Shown: positions 22,523 through 34,777 of the stretch, in pieces
Position numbering within the stretch: the first letter of the stretch is position 1
Layout: each line of letters starts with the position of its first letter
Assembly (NCBI RefSeq): GCF_025526975.1
Contig: NW_026515700.1
Coordinates: 124,001 to 188,000 of the forward strand
Origin: Fimicolochytrium jonesii
Lineage: Eukaryota
DNA: 64,000 nucleotides
Direction of reading: 5' to 3'
Notes under the pieces: generated by a model
Told to the model about the DNA's origin: nothing
The model's input: only the letters and a program-made list of their open reading frames with translations
Database searches by the model: none
Program-made: the position numbers and the translations under genes

Positions 22523-23963
22523 ATGCAGCCTCTTGGACTAAGCTCCCTTATCCCAACCCATCCCAACGATACCCAACTACACTTCGCTTCAGACGCAAAG
22601 TCCGCACACCGCTATGTGCGGCGAAATTCCGCCGTCGCCTCGAGAGAGGATGGAGGGCTTTTGCAGGAACATGCCACCGTATGCTGGAAGTGCGGAGGCA
22701 GAGGGAGGACCGTGAAGAAGAACAAGAAACGGAGAGATAAGGGTGGCGCTGTGGAGACAGGGGTCGATACAGGACCACCATCGGGGGACGATGGCCTCCA
22801 TCCCCCAAACCCCAAAAACGTTGTTTACAGCCCTTGCCAGCCCTGCAAAGGACTTGGTCACTCGTATCCCACGAAAGTTGGAGGGGCCCCAACGAAGCCT
22901 ACCATCCGACCGTTCAAACCGCCAGCTTGTTGGGTTGCTAGGGGTCCAGAACCGAAAGGGTCTGCGGAGAACGCAGAATGGGCTCCGGGGGAAGGGGAGA
23001 TGTTGACTGCACTTTCTGGGAAATGGATGATTTATCAGTTGACCAATGGTCACCGGTATGAATGGAGAAAAATGGCGTCTCGGCGGAGACGGCGCAACTG
23101 ACGCAGATTCGCATTCCTACGGCACAGGTCGACGACTGACGATGTTCTGACAGCAGCGATTGCATTGGACCTTGTGCAAAGCAACGGTATACATGTGGAG
23201 CGCTACATGGACATCGGATGCGGGCTGGGATCTGTTTTGGGAATGGTGGGATGGGGATTACTGCAATGGGAGCATACGCTCAAACAAGCGACCGGGGTCG
23301 AGGTAATCGTCCATACCCAAAATACCGGGCTCCAGTCAGTCTTTCCGCACGATCTAACGGTATCCGTACTCTTCCCAGGCGCAAACAGTCCACGTCCACC
23401 TCGCCCGCCGCACCCTCGCCTTCAACGCCTTCACCCTCGCCACCATCCACCACTTCGACCTCCGCGATCTCGTCTCCGGATCCTCCACCCTCCCCTCTAA
23501 CGGCCGCTTCACCCTCATAACTGGCACACCCCCCTACTTTCCCTCTACAGCCGGCTCCCTCCCCACCCACCCTAACCGCGGCATGTGCTCCTTCGAACTC
23601 CGCGGCGGGATCGAAACATACTGCCAGGCAGCGGCGAAGTACCTCGCCCCCGGCCCCAAGTCGCGGTTCGTGGTCTGTCAGACTGGGCTGGAGATCTTGA
23701 GGACGGAGACGGCTGCGAAGAGTGTGGGGATGTGTGTGGTGGAGAGGTGGGATTGCTGGGGGAGGGAGGAACGGGGTGGGACGAAACCGCTGATTAGTGT
23801 GTTTGTTATGGCTTGGGGGGAGTGGAGGGGTGATTATAATGTGAGGGTTTTGTGTGTCAGGGATAGGGAGGGCGAGTTCAGTGGGGAGATGGTCAGGTTG
23901 ATGGAAATCGTGGGGAAGCCGCCGCCGCGTAGTACTTCCGCCCATAAACGATCCGATAAATGA
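22523..23963 (+). CDS. SAM-dependent N6-adenine (TrmN6/YfiC-like) methyltransferase with N-terminal CxxC...CxxC Zn motif, 3 exons
   Basis: CWKCGGRG...CQPCKGLG; W.IYQL..GHR/STDDVLTA; DIGCGLGSV (motif I); LITGTPPYF (motif IV); FELRGGIETYC. Confidence 0.8.
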
Positions 23964-24184
23964 GAAGGCCATGGTGAATGTAGATTTAGACTATATAGGC
24001 GATAGAATGAAACTCTTGATGGGAGAGTGAGATTTTGAAGAGCCATCACTCACTCAAAGCGCTGGGCGCCGAATAACTATGAACTGAATGCCAAAAACTA
24101 GGTAAACTTCTTAGGCTAACAAACACTACCTACTACCCACGCCGCTTTTGCACACCTGCCTCCAAGCTATTACCACCCACCCCA

Positions 24185-27100
24185 TCAAACACCCAACCCA
24201 GTCATCATCCTACTCAGCGCCTCCTCATCAAAACTCCCATATCCCAACGCCGCCTCCCCATCCACACTCAGTTCACTCATCAACGACCCGCGTCTCCCAC
24301 CCCACGTCCGTATCAGCCCCGCCTTCAAAAACCCCCACACCCGTGCCAGCGCATCCCGCATCTCGCCGGTCCCGACGACGGATAGGGGTGGGTAGAGAAG
24401 TTCCCGTGTGCCGATGAGGATGCACCGGTCGCGCGCGCGTGAGAGGGCGACGTTGAGACGGCGGAGGTGGTAGGTGAATGTTAGAGTTGATTCGTGGCTG
24501 GAGGAAGGAAAGTGGGTGTGGGTTGGTTAGCAAATCCAGGTAGGGGCGGGGGGGAAGGCATTGGATAGGGAGAGAAGACTTACTAGGACCGACACCCCGC
24601 GAACCCATAGCACACGATAACCACATCCGCTTCCGTTCCCTGCACCCTCTCGACAGTATCCACGACTTCGACTTCCAACCCAGCGTCCCTCAACACTCTC
24701 GTGACCAGACTCCGCTGCACCCGATGCGGCGTGATCACTTTGATGTTCGTCCCATCCACGTCCGACAGCTGCAACGAGCGCACGAGTTGCGCTACGATGT
24801 TGGCCTCATACTGCAATTGATCCTCCAGTCGGGCATGCGGTTCAGGGAGCAGGATCGTCGTCCGCGGGCACGACGGGAGCGCGGCGGTAGGAGACTGGAC
24901 AATCGGCGACGACACCAACGCCATATCCCCACCCCCCAGCACCTCCGCCGCAAAGTCCGCGCCCTCCTCCCCAGCACGCATCGGCAAAAACACCCCACCG
25001 CGTTTATACAACTCATTACTAAACCTACAAAGGTCCCTCACCATCCGGAAATTCTCCTGCAACATCGTCATCCGCCTGTCCCGTTTCTCCTCACTGTCCG
25101 CATCGACCTCGACCAGCCATTCCAGGACTGAGCCGAACAAGCGGGTCTCGTCGGGGTACCCGCCTTTGAGAACGGGCGGGAGCTGGAGGTGGTCCCCCGC
25201 GACGATCAAACGTTTGCCGGTCCCGTTCTGCATCACGGTATCGATAGCGATCGCGGCTTCCGAGACGGTCATCTGGCTCCCTTCGTCGATGATCAGGCAC
25301 TGGAACGCGTCGCCGATGTGTTTGAGCCGCTCGCGCCATTTGTAGATGCCCCACACCGTACCGCCCACGACCGCGTATGTGGGCAAGTCGGCGGGTTTGG
25401 GCATCTTGGTGGCGTCTTTGGGGAGCACGGAGACTTGGACCAGGTCGCGCCAGGGTGATTCCAGCCCTTCCACCTGTCTGACGTTCGATAACAGAAACTC
25501 AAATTTGCGCAATAACGTGTCCACCCCGCTATTCGTCGCGCTCGTCACAAGCACGCGGAACGGGTCCCGTGCATTCGAGCGGCGGCCAGTGATTTCCATC
25601 AACCGTAACGCCGCGAGCGCCAACGTATGCGTCTTGCCGTGTCCTGGCGGGCCCCATATAACCGCGATCGGCCGCTCTAATATCTCCTTGAACGCCTTGC
25701 GTTGGCTTGTGGCGAGGAGTAACGGCCGATCGCCGCCTTTTAGGGTGTAGTACTCCCTGTACGTTGTTTGCAACCTCGCTTCGAGTTTTGCGTCCTCGGC
25801 GACGTTCGGCGGGGGATCCATCTCGGCATCCTCATCCAGCAACCGTGTGAAAAACGGCATTGTCGCGTGACCCAGGGACGCCTGGTCGATAGCCAACAAG
25901 CTCTTGATCACTTTCGCCGTGTTGAAATTAACCATCCGCTTCCGCAATATATACCCTTCACCCTCCTGCAAGAAATCCCTCCCCGCCCGGACAGCAATCT
26001 TCACCCTGCTACTTGAATCCATCTCAACCACCTCCGCAACCCCCCACGTCTCCCCACCCCTAATCAGCGGCCCATACGCTCCCGCAAACGCCAAATCATC
26101 AAACCCCACCGCAGCAACATCCACCTCGGTGCCGTGATTCTTCGTGATGATGTACCCATATTTCCGCCACTCGGTCGTTGTGGATACGTCCACGTACTCG
26201 CTTCCACTCGTACACGTGAAATTTGAATCGCCGTGGTAAACGAGGCGGGTGGTGTGAGTGTTGGATAGCCGGTCGTGGATGAGGGATTGGAGCTCCACGG
26301 TGACTTCGTATTGGGCCATGAAGAGGAGTTTGCGGAGGGTGGGGTGGTGGCAGACGTCGATGTAGGTTACGGAGAAATCCCGGGCGGTGTTGGGGAGGAT
26401 GTCGTGTATGCTGCGGATGGAAGAGAGGGTGGAGGTGGAGATGAGATGGCGTAAAGCGGTGGCGATGGCAAGCATTTTGGATCCGTGCCGCTTCAGGTGG
26501 GTGTGCAAGATGGGGATTGTGGGGGTGGCTTTGTAGGTGGAGTAGATGGTATCCCCGATATCCGTATCCTCTCCCGTGGCGTCGTCACCCAGCAGATATT
26601 TATATGCCCCATCAATCCCGTAGAACCCGGGTATGGGAAGCGCGACCAACGCCCTAACACACTCATGCAGAACCGCGACTTTCGGTAACATTCTCTGCAG
26701 CCCCGACTCCCTCCCCGCCGGATTCCCTCCTCGTTCCAAAAGTGCCGACAACCTCGCCAACATCACTTCCTTCGCCCCCGTGACATCGATCCCACTCCCA
26801 CCAAAAATACGCAGGTACCGTCTTATCTCATCCACACGGTCTGTTTTGCGGACTTTGAGCAGTAGACCACTCGCCAGCAGCTCCGGCTGCACGCTGGTGA
26901 GCAGGACCGAGGACTGGGTTAACAGCGCCCCGATGCAGAGTTTGGCCGCCTCGGTGCATTCGGGGGAACGTATGGCTTCGTCGACGAGGATTTGGGCGAG
27001 GGTGTCCGAGTCGGCGCGGGTGAAGACGTAGAATTGGACCCGCACCGGTTCAGGTGCCTGCGATTCCTTTCGGTCCAATAACATTTTGATCAGCGTTGCA

Positions 27101-28905
27101 AGGCTTTCGATGAACGTGGTTTGAAACACTGCGAGTGGGTTTGGGTTGGCGATGGCGGAGGTCTCGTGGATTGTTTTGGCGTCCGATGTGCTGTCCGACG
27201 CCAGGATGGAGAAGGCGTATAGTCGGTCTGTTTCTGGGTCGACGCCTAGAGTCAGGTATACGCTGATGTCCTCCTCCCGTGGGAATATTAGGCAGCTTCG
27301 CAAGAGTGGAGCGACTTTGTCCTGCAGCGCGGCTGTCAGGACTGAGCTTTTCGGTGCGGTGTCATGACCCGCACCGAATGTGGGGCCCGGTTGGTTTGCC
27401 CAGTCCGTAGATTTTTCAACGCGAGCGAGTTCGTCAGTGGCAGGCCCGAGAATTTCGTCCGAAACAGCTCTAGAAGCAGCGTCAACGACCCGTCCAGCGG
27501 GTTGAAACGACACGTTCGAGATGGCCAGCATCCGCTCCAACCGCTTATACGCAGGAAAATCATCACGCAGGGCTGATACCCGGACAATAGACTCCAAATC
27601 CTCCAGCTCGCTCCTCTTCCCGCTCCCATAAGTCTGTATCACCTCCTTCAAAAAGACTGCATCGGCCCCGGAGAGATGAGGTATCTTCCCCAACCTCTTC
27701 TCGCGCACGGTTTCCGCTCGACAACGTGGTAAGAACTCGCAGCCCTGACAGAGGGGGTTGAGATGCCATGGGACGTTGGTGAGATCGGTCGAAAGGAGTC
27801 GGGATAGCTCTTCGAATAAGAACGTTTCCAGAAGGGGCTGGAGCATCAGTAATGGGAATGATCCTTTTGGCGAAGGAACATCGCAGATATCCAGAGCTGT
27901 TCCTTTCGCGGGTATCCAGATCTCGCCTATCTCGTCTGGAACGATCTCCACGCGTGACGAATCGGACTTTTCACGCCAATCTTTGAAGAGCTCCGTCAGA
28001 GCCAGCCAGTAAAACCCCACTTGCACCTGATGCGAAACTTTGACCTTCCGCGACGCTTTGGCATCAATCACCCTGAATTTGATCTCAACCAGCGCGCCCG
28101 CGTCATCACGGTTCAGCCAGATTTCTAGGAAGTCTGGTTTGAATGTTCCGAAACGGACTGATTTTGGAGGCGAGTTCCGGCTTTTTAGTTGGTCATCGAA
28201 ATCCGGTGACTGGAATGTTAGGTCGACAATGTAGAAATGCGGGCGATGGTCACGTTTGATCAGGTTGACGAGTTCTTCGATACTGATTGGCGGGCTTCCG
28301 GGACCAGCGAGGATGAGATGTTCTTTTTTCAGTCGCTCTCGTAGTCGCCTTTCCCACTGAACAAATCAACGATTCAGCAAACATCATCAATCAACCCATC
28401 AATCCATCAACCCATCAGCCATCGACCATCTATCAACAAACAATATCCTGCTCGTTCCGCTCGCGACGAGGATGTTTTGGTTGCGGTGGGCGGAGCGTAG
28501 CTCGCTTCGCTCGCTAATAGATCTGACGCTCGCAGACGCTCGCTAAGAATCGTGGTTAGGGGAGGCATTGCGCCTTTGGCTCCGCTCGCATACCTCAAGC
28601 ATCCCTGTGCCTTTGGCCCAGTTGGCCTCGCTTTCGCCTCGCAACCTCCTCGCGTCGCTCGACCCCGCTGTCGCGTCAATTGGCGTACACACCTGGTTGC
28701 CCTTCCCAAATCTGGCCTCAGTCAGCGCCTGCGGTGGTGGTGGAGCCTTCTTATGTAAAGGGTTCCTTGAATCTCCCTTTGTCCCTCCACGTTTCTCGTC
28801 GGCAAGCCATAGGAACTTCTTGCACAAGTTTGTATGATATGAGTTGAGGTCTGTCGGAGTCAGGTAGCCTCGCAGCGAGTTGGCGGCCATTGCTGCGGCG
28901 GCCAT
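24185..28905 (-). CDS. RecB/Cas4-like PD-(D/E)XK nuclease fused to a Dna2/Upf1-like SF1 helicase; intron 1 = 28357-28692
   Basis: KPDFLEI..VIDAKAS..HQVQVGFY; CQGCEFLPRC; helicase motifs WGPPGHGKT, IIDEGSQ, GDHLQLPP, ENFRM, ITPHRVQ, DTVERVQGTEAD and RRLNVALSRAR. Confidence 0.88.
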
Positions 28906-29195
28906 CCTAGTAGCGAATGCCCTTTCCCTGCAGTCGACCTACGTACGTATGTAACATATGTATGTATGTACTGTATGCATGTAGCTCCGACCGCTGGGCC
29001 AGCTTTGGAGGGGCAAGAGGAGAGGGTGATGACGTCCCCAGCGCATTAAACTCGCAACGCCGGGTCACGTGCCTCTGCACGCGTGTCGGAGTTTACGTTC
29101 CTTAGTATAGCAAACAATGGCGTGTTCATATCCGATCCGACTGCTTAGGCGGGATACGCCATAATCCTACATGATCTTGCCATCCAAACCCGCCT

Positions 29196-31943
29196 TCACC
29201 CCCTCCTCCGCGCAGCCCCACCCGGACCAGCCACACCCTGCACCTTCAAAATCGCATCATACAAAACCTCCAACCGCCGATCAATGCTCTCGATCGCGGG
29301 GTCGCTCGCGTCTGTGTTTGCGTCTGTGAATCCTCCATCGCCAACATCATCATCATCGTCGGCGCTGTTGTATTCACGGCGGCGTTGCGTGGGACGGGTA
29401 TGGCGGTGTTGATCACCATCGCGGTGTCGACTGGGATAAGCGGTCGAGTCATGTACTGGTGGTGGGTACGCCCGCGTTGAAGGCGACGACGGTTTCCGCG
29501 CCGCTTTACCCGTCCTTCCCAGCGGCGGCGGGGGGTGTGGTGAACCCTCATACCCTCTCCGCGCGCCAGCGCTACTCTCCCTATCCCTCACCCTTCTCGT
29601 CCCACTCGATTTCCTCGTCTCATCATACCCATACCGTCCATCCAACACCCGTCTCAGCACTTCGTTATCCAGACTAGTCGCTGACGCCGATCGTCTTCCA
29701 CTCTTTCCCGCCCCAATTCCCAGACCCGCTGGTTCCCGTCTCGCCCTATCACGCGATCCAGCACCAGACCGCGTGGATCCGACCGAGTCCGCAGACGCCT
29801 GACGGCCAAACATGCCCCCCTCGATCCGCTCCCGGCTCCGCGCGCGGCGTTCATCCAACTGACTCGTCCGCGCGCGGATATATTCTGTTGGATCAAACCG
29901 TCGAAAAGAGTGTTGCCGCGCTGGTGATTGGGATGTTGGTTTGCTTTTACTTTTACTTGCCGTACGCGCAGGTTTCGCGTTGTGGTGTGACGACGAGGCG
30001 TGCGAGTGGCTTGGGGAAGGCGGAGGGCGGAGGGGCCGGGATTTGACGGGTTTGTATTCACTAGATGGAATTCGGTAAGCACCCAGATCTTTCCCATCAC
30101 AAAGACCCCGCAGGTAAAACTCGCATTGCTCACCTCCGCACCACCCCCGGCGACACATCCTTGTCCCTCTCCCCCCGTCGCTGCGCATACCTCCCCCCAC
30201 TATCAATCGACGAAAGCGAGTCCCGTCTCGTCGCCCTCTGCACCATTTTATATCGCTCACTCGCCGTACTTCTGTCCCTCGATCGGGGACCACTTTTATC
30301 GGCGATACGCGTGGCGGGAATATCAGCTTTGCGTTTTGATGTGTGGGTGGTGGAGGGTGGTAGTGGTTGGGTGTCGTCCTTTGATCCACAACGAGGTTAG
30401 TGTGTGGGAGGGACGAGAGAGAGAAGCCCGAGAGAGAAGGGCAAATACCAAAAACAGCCAAATAAGCGATTGCAGGCGAGCCAGGTAGTCTCCTATCCTC
30501 AACACCTGGGGCGACTACCCAAACAAGAATTGCCATCAGTCCAAGCGCCTCCTGAAAACCCATATTCGACATGAAAAACCCCCAAACACGAACCTACATT
30601 CTGCAACCCCGGATGCTTTTTCCGAAAATGGAGCAACTCGCGTTCGAGGTCTTTGAGGTACCGCTGCGTGCCGACGCGGAGGGCGTGCAGTTCTTGTGTC
30701 CAGTCGTGGCGGGCGGTTGTGCTAGGGGGGTTATATGGGGGTGAGGGGTGTGAGGGGAGTGGGTGGGTGTGAGGAGACTGCGGTTTGTTTACACCGTACC
30801 TGGCTGATGGACGGTCTCGCGGGACGTGTTTGAGTTTGTATTTGAGTTTATCGTTCTCGCGGAGGAGCTGATAGTCGATATTGGAGGTGAGCGATGGCTG
30901 GGTTGCTGAGTGGTTTTTCCCAGACCGCTATATCCCAACACCCCGCGAGGACAAGCCAACTCACGCTAGAAATCTCCTTCATCTGCCTAGCCCTCTCCGC
31001 CGTCAACTCAGCATTCTCTCTCTCCAGCGCCACAATTCGCGCGTCTGGTGGTTTTCGCTTGGTTTTTGGCGTGGATATCAATGGGAGGGGTAGCGGATAG
31101 TGCACCCTGCAACAATAATCTCAAATGTCAGACCGTCTCATCTCATTCCCACTTCAAGACGGCACCCTGAGCTCACGGGCACATACTACATACCGATCAA
31201 AAGCAACAGCATACGTCAAGATCAGATACACTTTCTTCCACGCCTTATCGTCTGGCGCGTCGCTCGGTTTCCACGCTGAGGGTTCACCTGGCAGCGGATC
31301 GGCCCCGCCGCGCTGTGTCTTTTTCAGCGCTTCCAGGTCGGATGTGGTGAGGAAATCGAGTTGGACTATTTGGCTGGGCTTGGGGGAGGTACTTGGGCGG
31401 TTAGACATATGTCCATCGATGATGAGACAAGACGTGATCAAAGACACCGCACCTTCTTCAGAGAGGAGACCAGCATTTCTAAGAAGACTGAGTAGCGCTT
31501 GAAGTTGCCTGTTTTCTTTGTTATGTCCTCGAGCGCTGGAGCAAAGATCGATGAGACGATACGGACAAGACGATATACAAAAAGAGCTCCTGCTCGCTCC
31601 GCTCGCGGCAATGCTGCCGGACGAGGACTGAGGCTCGTTTTGCTCGCCAGAAACTCCGAACGCCCGCTATCGGTTCCCTCGCTACAACCCACTGAACCCG
31701 CCCCTCCCGGAACCCACCTGCAGGCGAGAACCCCGCCCCCCAAGCCTCCCCACTCTCCACACAGTCCAGCCGCACAGTCAAGTCCCCTCCCCCACCGCCT
31801 CCATTGTTGCTGCTCGGAGTGAGGATGTTGCCCGAGACAGAGAGGCGGCATGGGCGGCCTTTGACGGTGACGGTGGCGGATTCTGAGAAATGACCTAGGA
31901 GGGCTGTGTCCTCCTCGTCGTCGTCGTTGGCGGTGGACAGCAT
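29196..31943 (-). CDS. CCDC61: Coiled-coil domain-containing protein 61 (VFL3), centriole/basal-body protein, multi-exon
   Basis: LEDITKKTGNFKRYSVFLEML, LDFLTTSDLEALK, KVYLILTYAVAFDR/VHYPLPL, RFDPTEYIR and IDRRLEVL. Confidence 0.88.
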
Positions 31944-32889
31944 TGTTGATGGCGGGGCCCTGGAGGGTTGAAGTATGAGGGCTGATGAGCACACGCAGTC
32001 CCTTGGGGGTTCTTCTCTCGGACGTGATGCACGCGTTTTGGGAACACCTCGCGTTCGGACAAGGCGCGATGGCACACTGCAAATATCACCCAAACGTCCT
32101 GCCCAGTCCTGCCCGATGGTCCCGCCCTCTGGCGTGCCCGATGTCAGTTCGTTTTTGACCTCTCGGTTTCACTTTGACTCGGACAGGACACGTTTATTGA
32201 ACATGTGCCTTCTTGTGCAGTGAACCCATGAACAGGGGTGAGAGTCGAGATGGCCGGACAAGTTCCCCGACCGATCAGGACCGCTACATGACATGGAGGC
32301 CCTTGTCGTTGTTGTTTCAATGATGTGGACAATGCGGCCCACATATCTTTTGCGACCGAACATGAACGACAAGGACTTCCCCAACGCGGCGACGTGTTCC
32401 GGCACCCGCAAGCCAGAGCCTCGCTTCGATGGATGCCAAAGCACCAGAATACCGCCAAACGAAACCTGCATCGCCAGCTGCATTCTCCTGTTATCATTAC
32501 AAATCATTGTGTTCAAAAGAAAAATCATATACATAAATTACGGAATAGTCCTGGATTGTAAAAAGCGGTGCATCTATATATATTTACGGGAAAGATGCGG
32601 TCATGTGTGCAATATGTCCTGGGTGGAGTCTGAAAGACTCTTGTGGGTTGTGGGCTGGGAGTGGGTGGTTGCTTTTCTGCCTCACTTTGTACTTTGTTGT
32701 ATGAGAAGAGCTGATGGGGGTGTTGATGTCGGGGGCGTTGGTGATGTGTCGATGCAACTCGGTGGTATGCGATTGTTATCCCGCAAGTCCCTTCCGCATA
32801 GGACCAAGTTTTCACAGCCGATCCCTGCAGTGGAAGCTCCTTCCCAGTCGCCGCCACCATCCGGCCAATCCTCGTCAACCTCCCAGTCT

Positions 32890-33500
32890 CTACAAATACA
32901 AAACCAAATTCTCCACATCATCCTCATCAAACTCCGCATGCGCATCTTCATCCTCATCCTCATCCTCCCCAACCACATTGTTCACATCATGCTGTAAAAC
33001 TTCCTCCTCATCATCCTCCCCAAAATCAAGCGCCTCTTCCTCAGTCATGGCCATCGGATATTGGGATTCTGCTGGCGCGTGTGCGGCTTCTTCTTCCTCT
33101 TCGAATTCCTGGGTCGCTTCTTCTTCTTCAGGTTCCGAGATGGCTTCCGGGGTGGCTACATGCACAGTGTCAGGGGTAAGGAGTTGTTTCCTATATGGAA
33201 AATGGAGATACCAGCTTTCCTGCTACTTTTGCCACTGCGGTTTACAAAGTCGAGGGTTGTCACACCTCAATCAAAATTCCACCAATATAGCCTCCCGCTC
33301 CTTCTGGAACGCTCTCGGCTTCTTCCCGACCAGCTCTCCCACGGCTGAGTCGAGGGCGTCGGCGGCGAGTGTTATCCTGTAGGTCATTTGTTTCCATTTT
33401 TCCTAAAGGCGGGGGGTGAGCGTGACATAGTGGGAAAGGACGGGACGTGGAGGTGGCTTACTTCTGAGCCTTCGGAGGGGGCTGCTTGTTTGGGCGGCAT
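32890..33500 (-). CDS. Small hypothetical protein with a highly acidic C-terminus (exon structure uncertain)
   Basis: Glu/Asp-rich ORF 32890-33165 with upstream GT/AG-bounded segments starting MPPKQAAPSEGSE. Confidence 0.4.
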
Positions 33501-34777
33501 GTTGGGAGATGTGGAGTGCGGGTGGGTGGGTTGGTGGATGCTGGCAGGGGGGGGGGGAGGGGGGGGGGGGGGAAGGGGGGACAGTGAGCGCAACAGGCTC
33601 AGCAACAGCGTCTTGTTCCAATGTTGAAAGTGTGTTGAACGGCTGCGGAGCTTCTCTCGCTTCTCCGCCAGCTTCCCCGCCGTCACACGCACATCCCACG
33701 AACTGACTTCCCATCATTACACGCTCAGAAGGGAGGTCGGGAACAAAGCAACCACCGAATCAAAAGATGTGCATGTGTGTACAGTATGTGCGCCAGTAGA
33801 TTATATGTACATAGGCATACCACTCTATACAAGCGGAAATCGGCCGCTTTCGTTCATCCCCCAAAGTGTGAAGGAAGTCGGGACATCTCGTCACCCGCAC
33901 CGCCCACCATACTCCCTCCCCACCTCTCACACAACCATCCCCCTCCCGCCCCCAAATTCATTCCTCATCATAATCATCCTCATCCCCCGCAGCCTTCATC
34001 TCCATCGCCGGCAACCCCGGCAGTCCCGGCAGCCGAACGGAACAGCCGAATCCTCTCACCAGGAGAGGGTATGCAGAAGCAGCAGATGGACATACCTTAC
34101 TGCGTGTTGTGGTTGGTGGTGTAATTTCAATCCCTCTGCCAAGCACGCTTATCCACTCGTTGAAGGATTTGTCGTAAAAATCAGACGGGGGCCTTCAAAT
34201 GCTGGAAGAAAGAGGAAGTGGTAAGGAGCCACCGTTGACCGATCGTACGTATTCACGATGTCGCGGTCCGGCATGGCGCTGGATTGTTATGCAAGACAGG
34301 GCCGTTCGAATCTTCCTTCGCACAATGCAGGATTCGTCGCTGAGCTCAAGAGTGGATCGTGCTGCGAGACGTGCTAGTAGTCTGTATGTATGGATATATG
34401 TGCGTGCTCGGCCTGGCAGGACGATTTTGAGGATGCAGGGATGTAGGGGACATCGTAGGGCAAAGTCGCCATCGCACAGAGACGGTACGCGTCGTGGATG
34501 CGAGGGCAATCGATAATTGGCAGGATATTGGAACCGAATGATACGGGATTTTATCACGCACCCTCGTCAAGAGGAACTGATATGAGGTGACAAAGGCCAT
34601 GTAGGTATTATGTACAGGGGATACCGGAATATCGGGGTGGTGGTGGTAAGGTGCTACTATACGTTTATATACAATTACGACACAAACGAGCATCCGCAAT
34701 AGTGTTTATGTGTCAGTGGGACCCATTGGTATATAAGGGGGGTTAACAAAATTGGTTGGTCGTTTGTGCCGACAGGG

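Noticed and set aside
32890..33500. Apc15-like identity for the acidic small protein
   Set aside because: Only the acidic tail fits; I could not build a consistent spliced frame with the family motif.
33769..34700. Intergenic ORFs or a possible ncRNA
   Set aside because: No recognisable protein, tRNA or snRNA signature.
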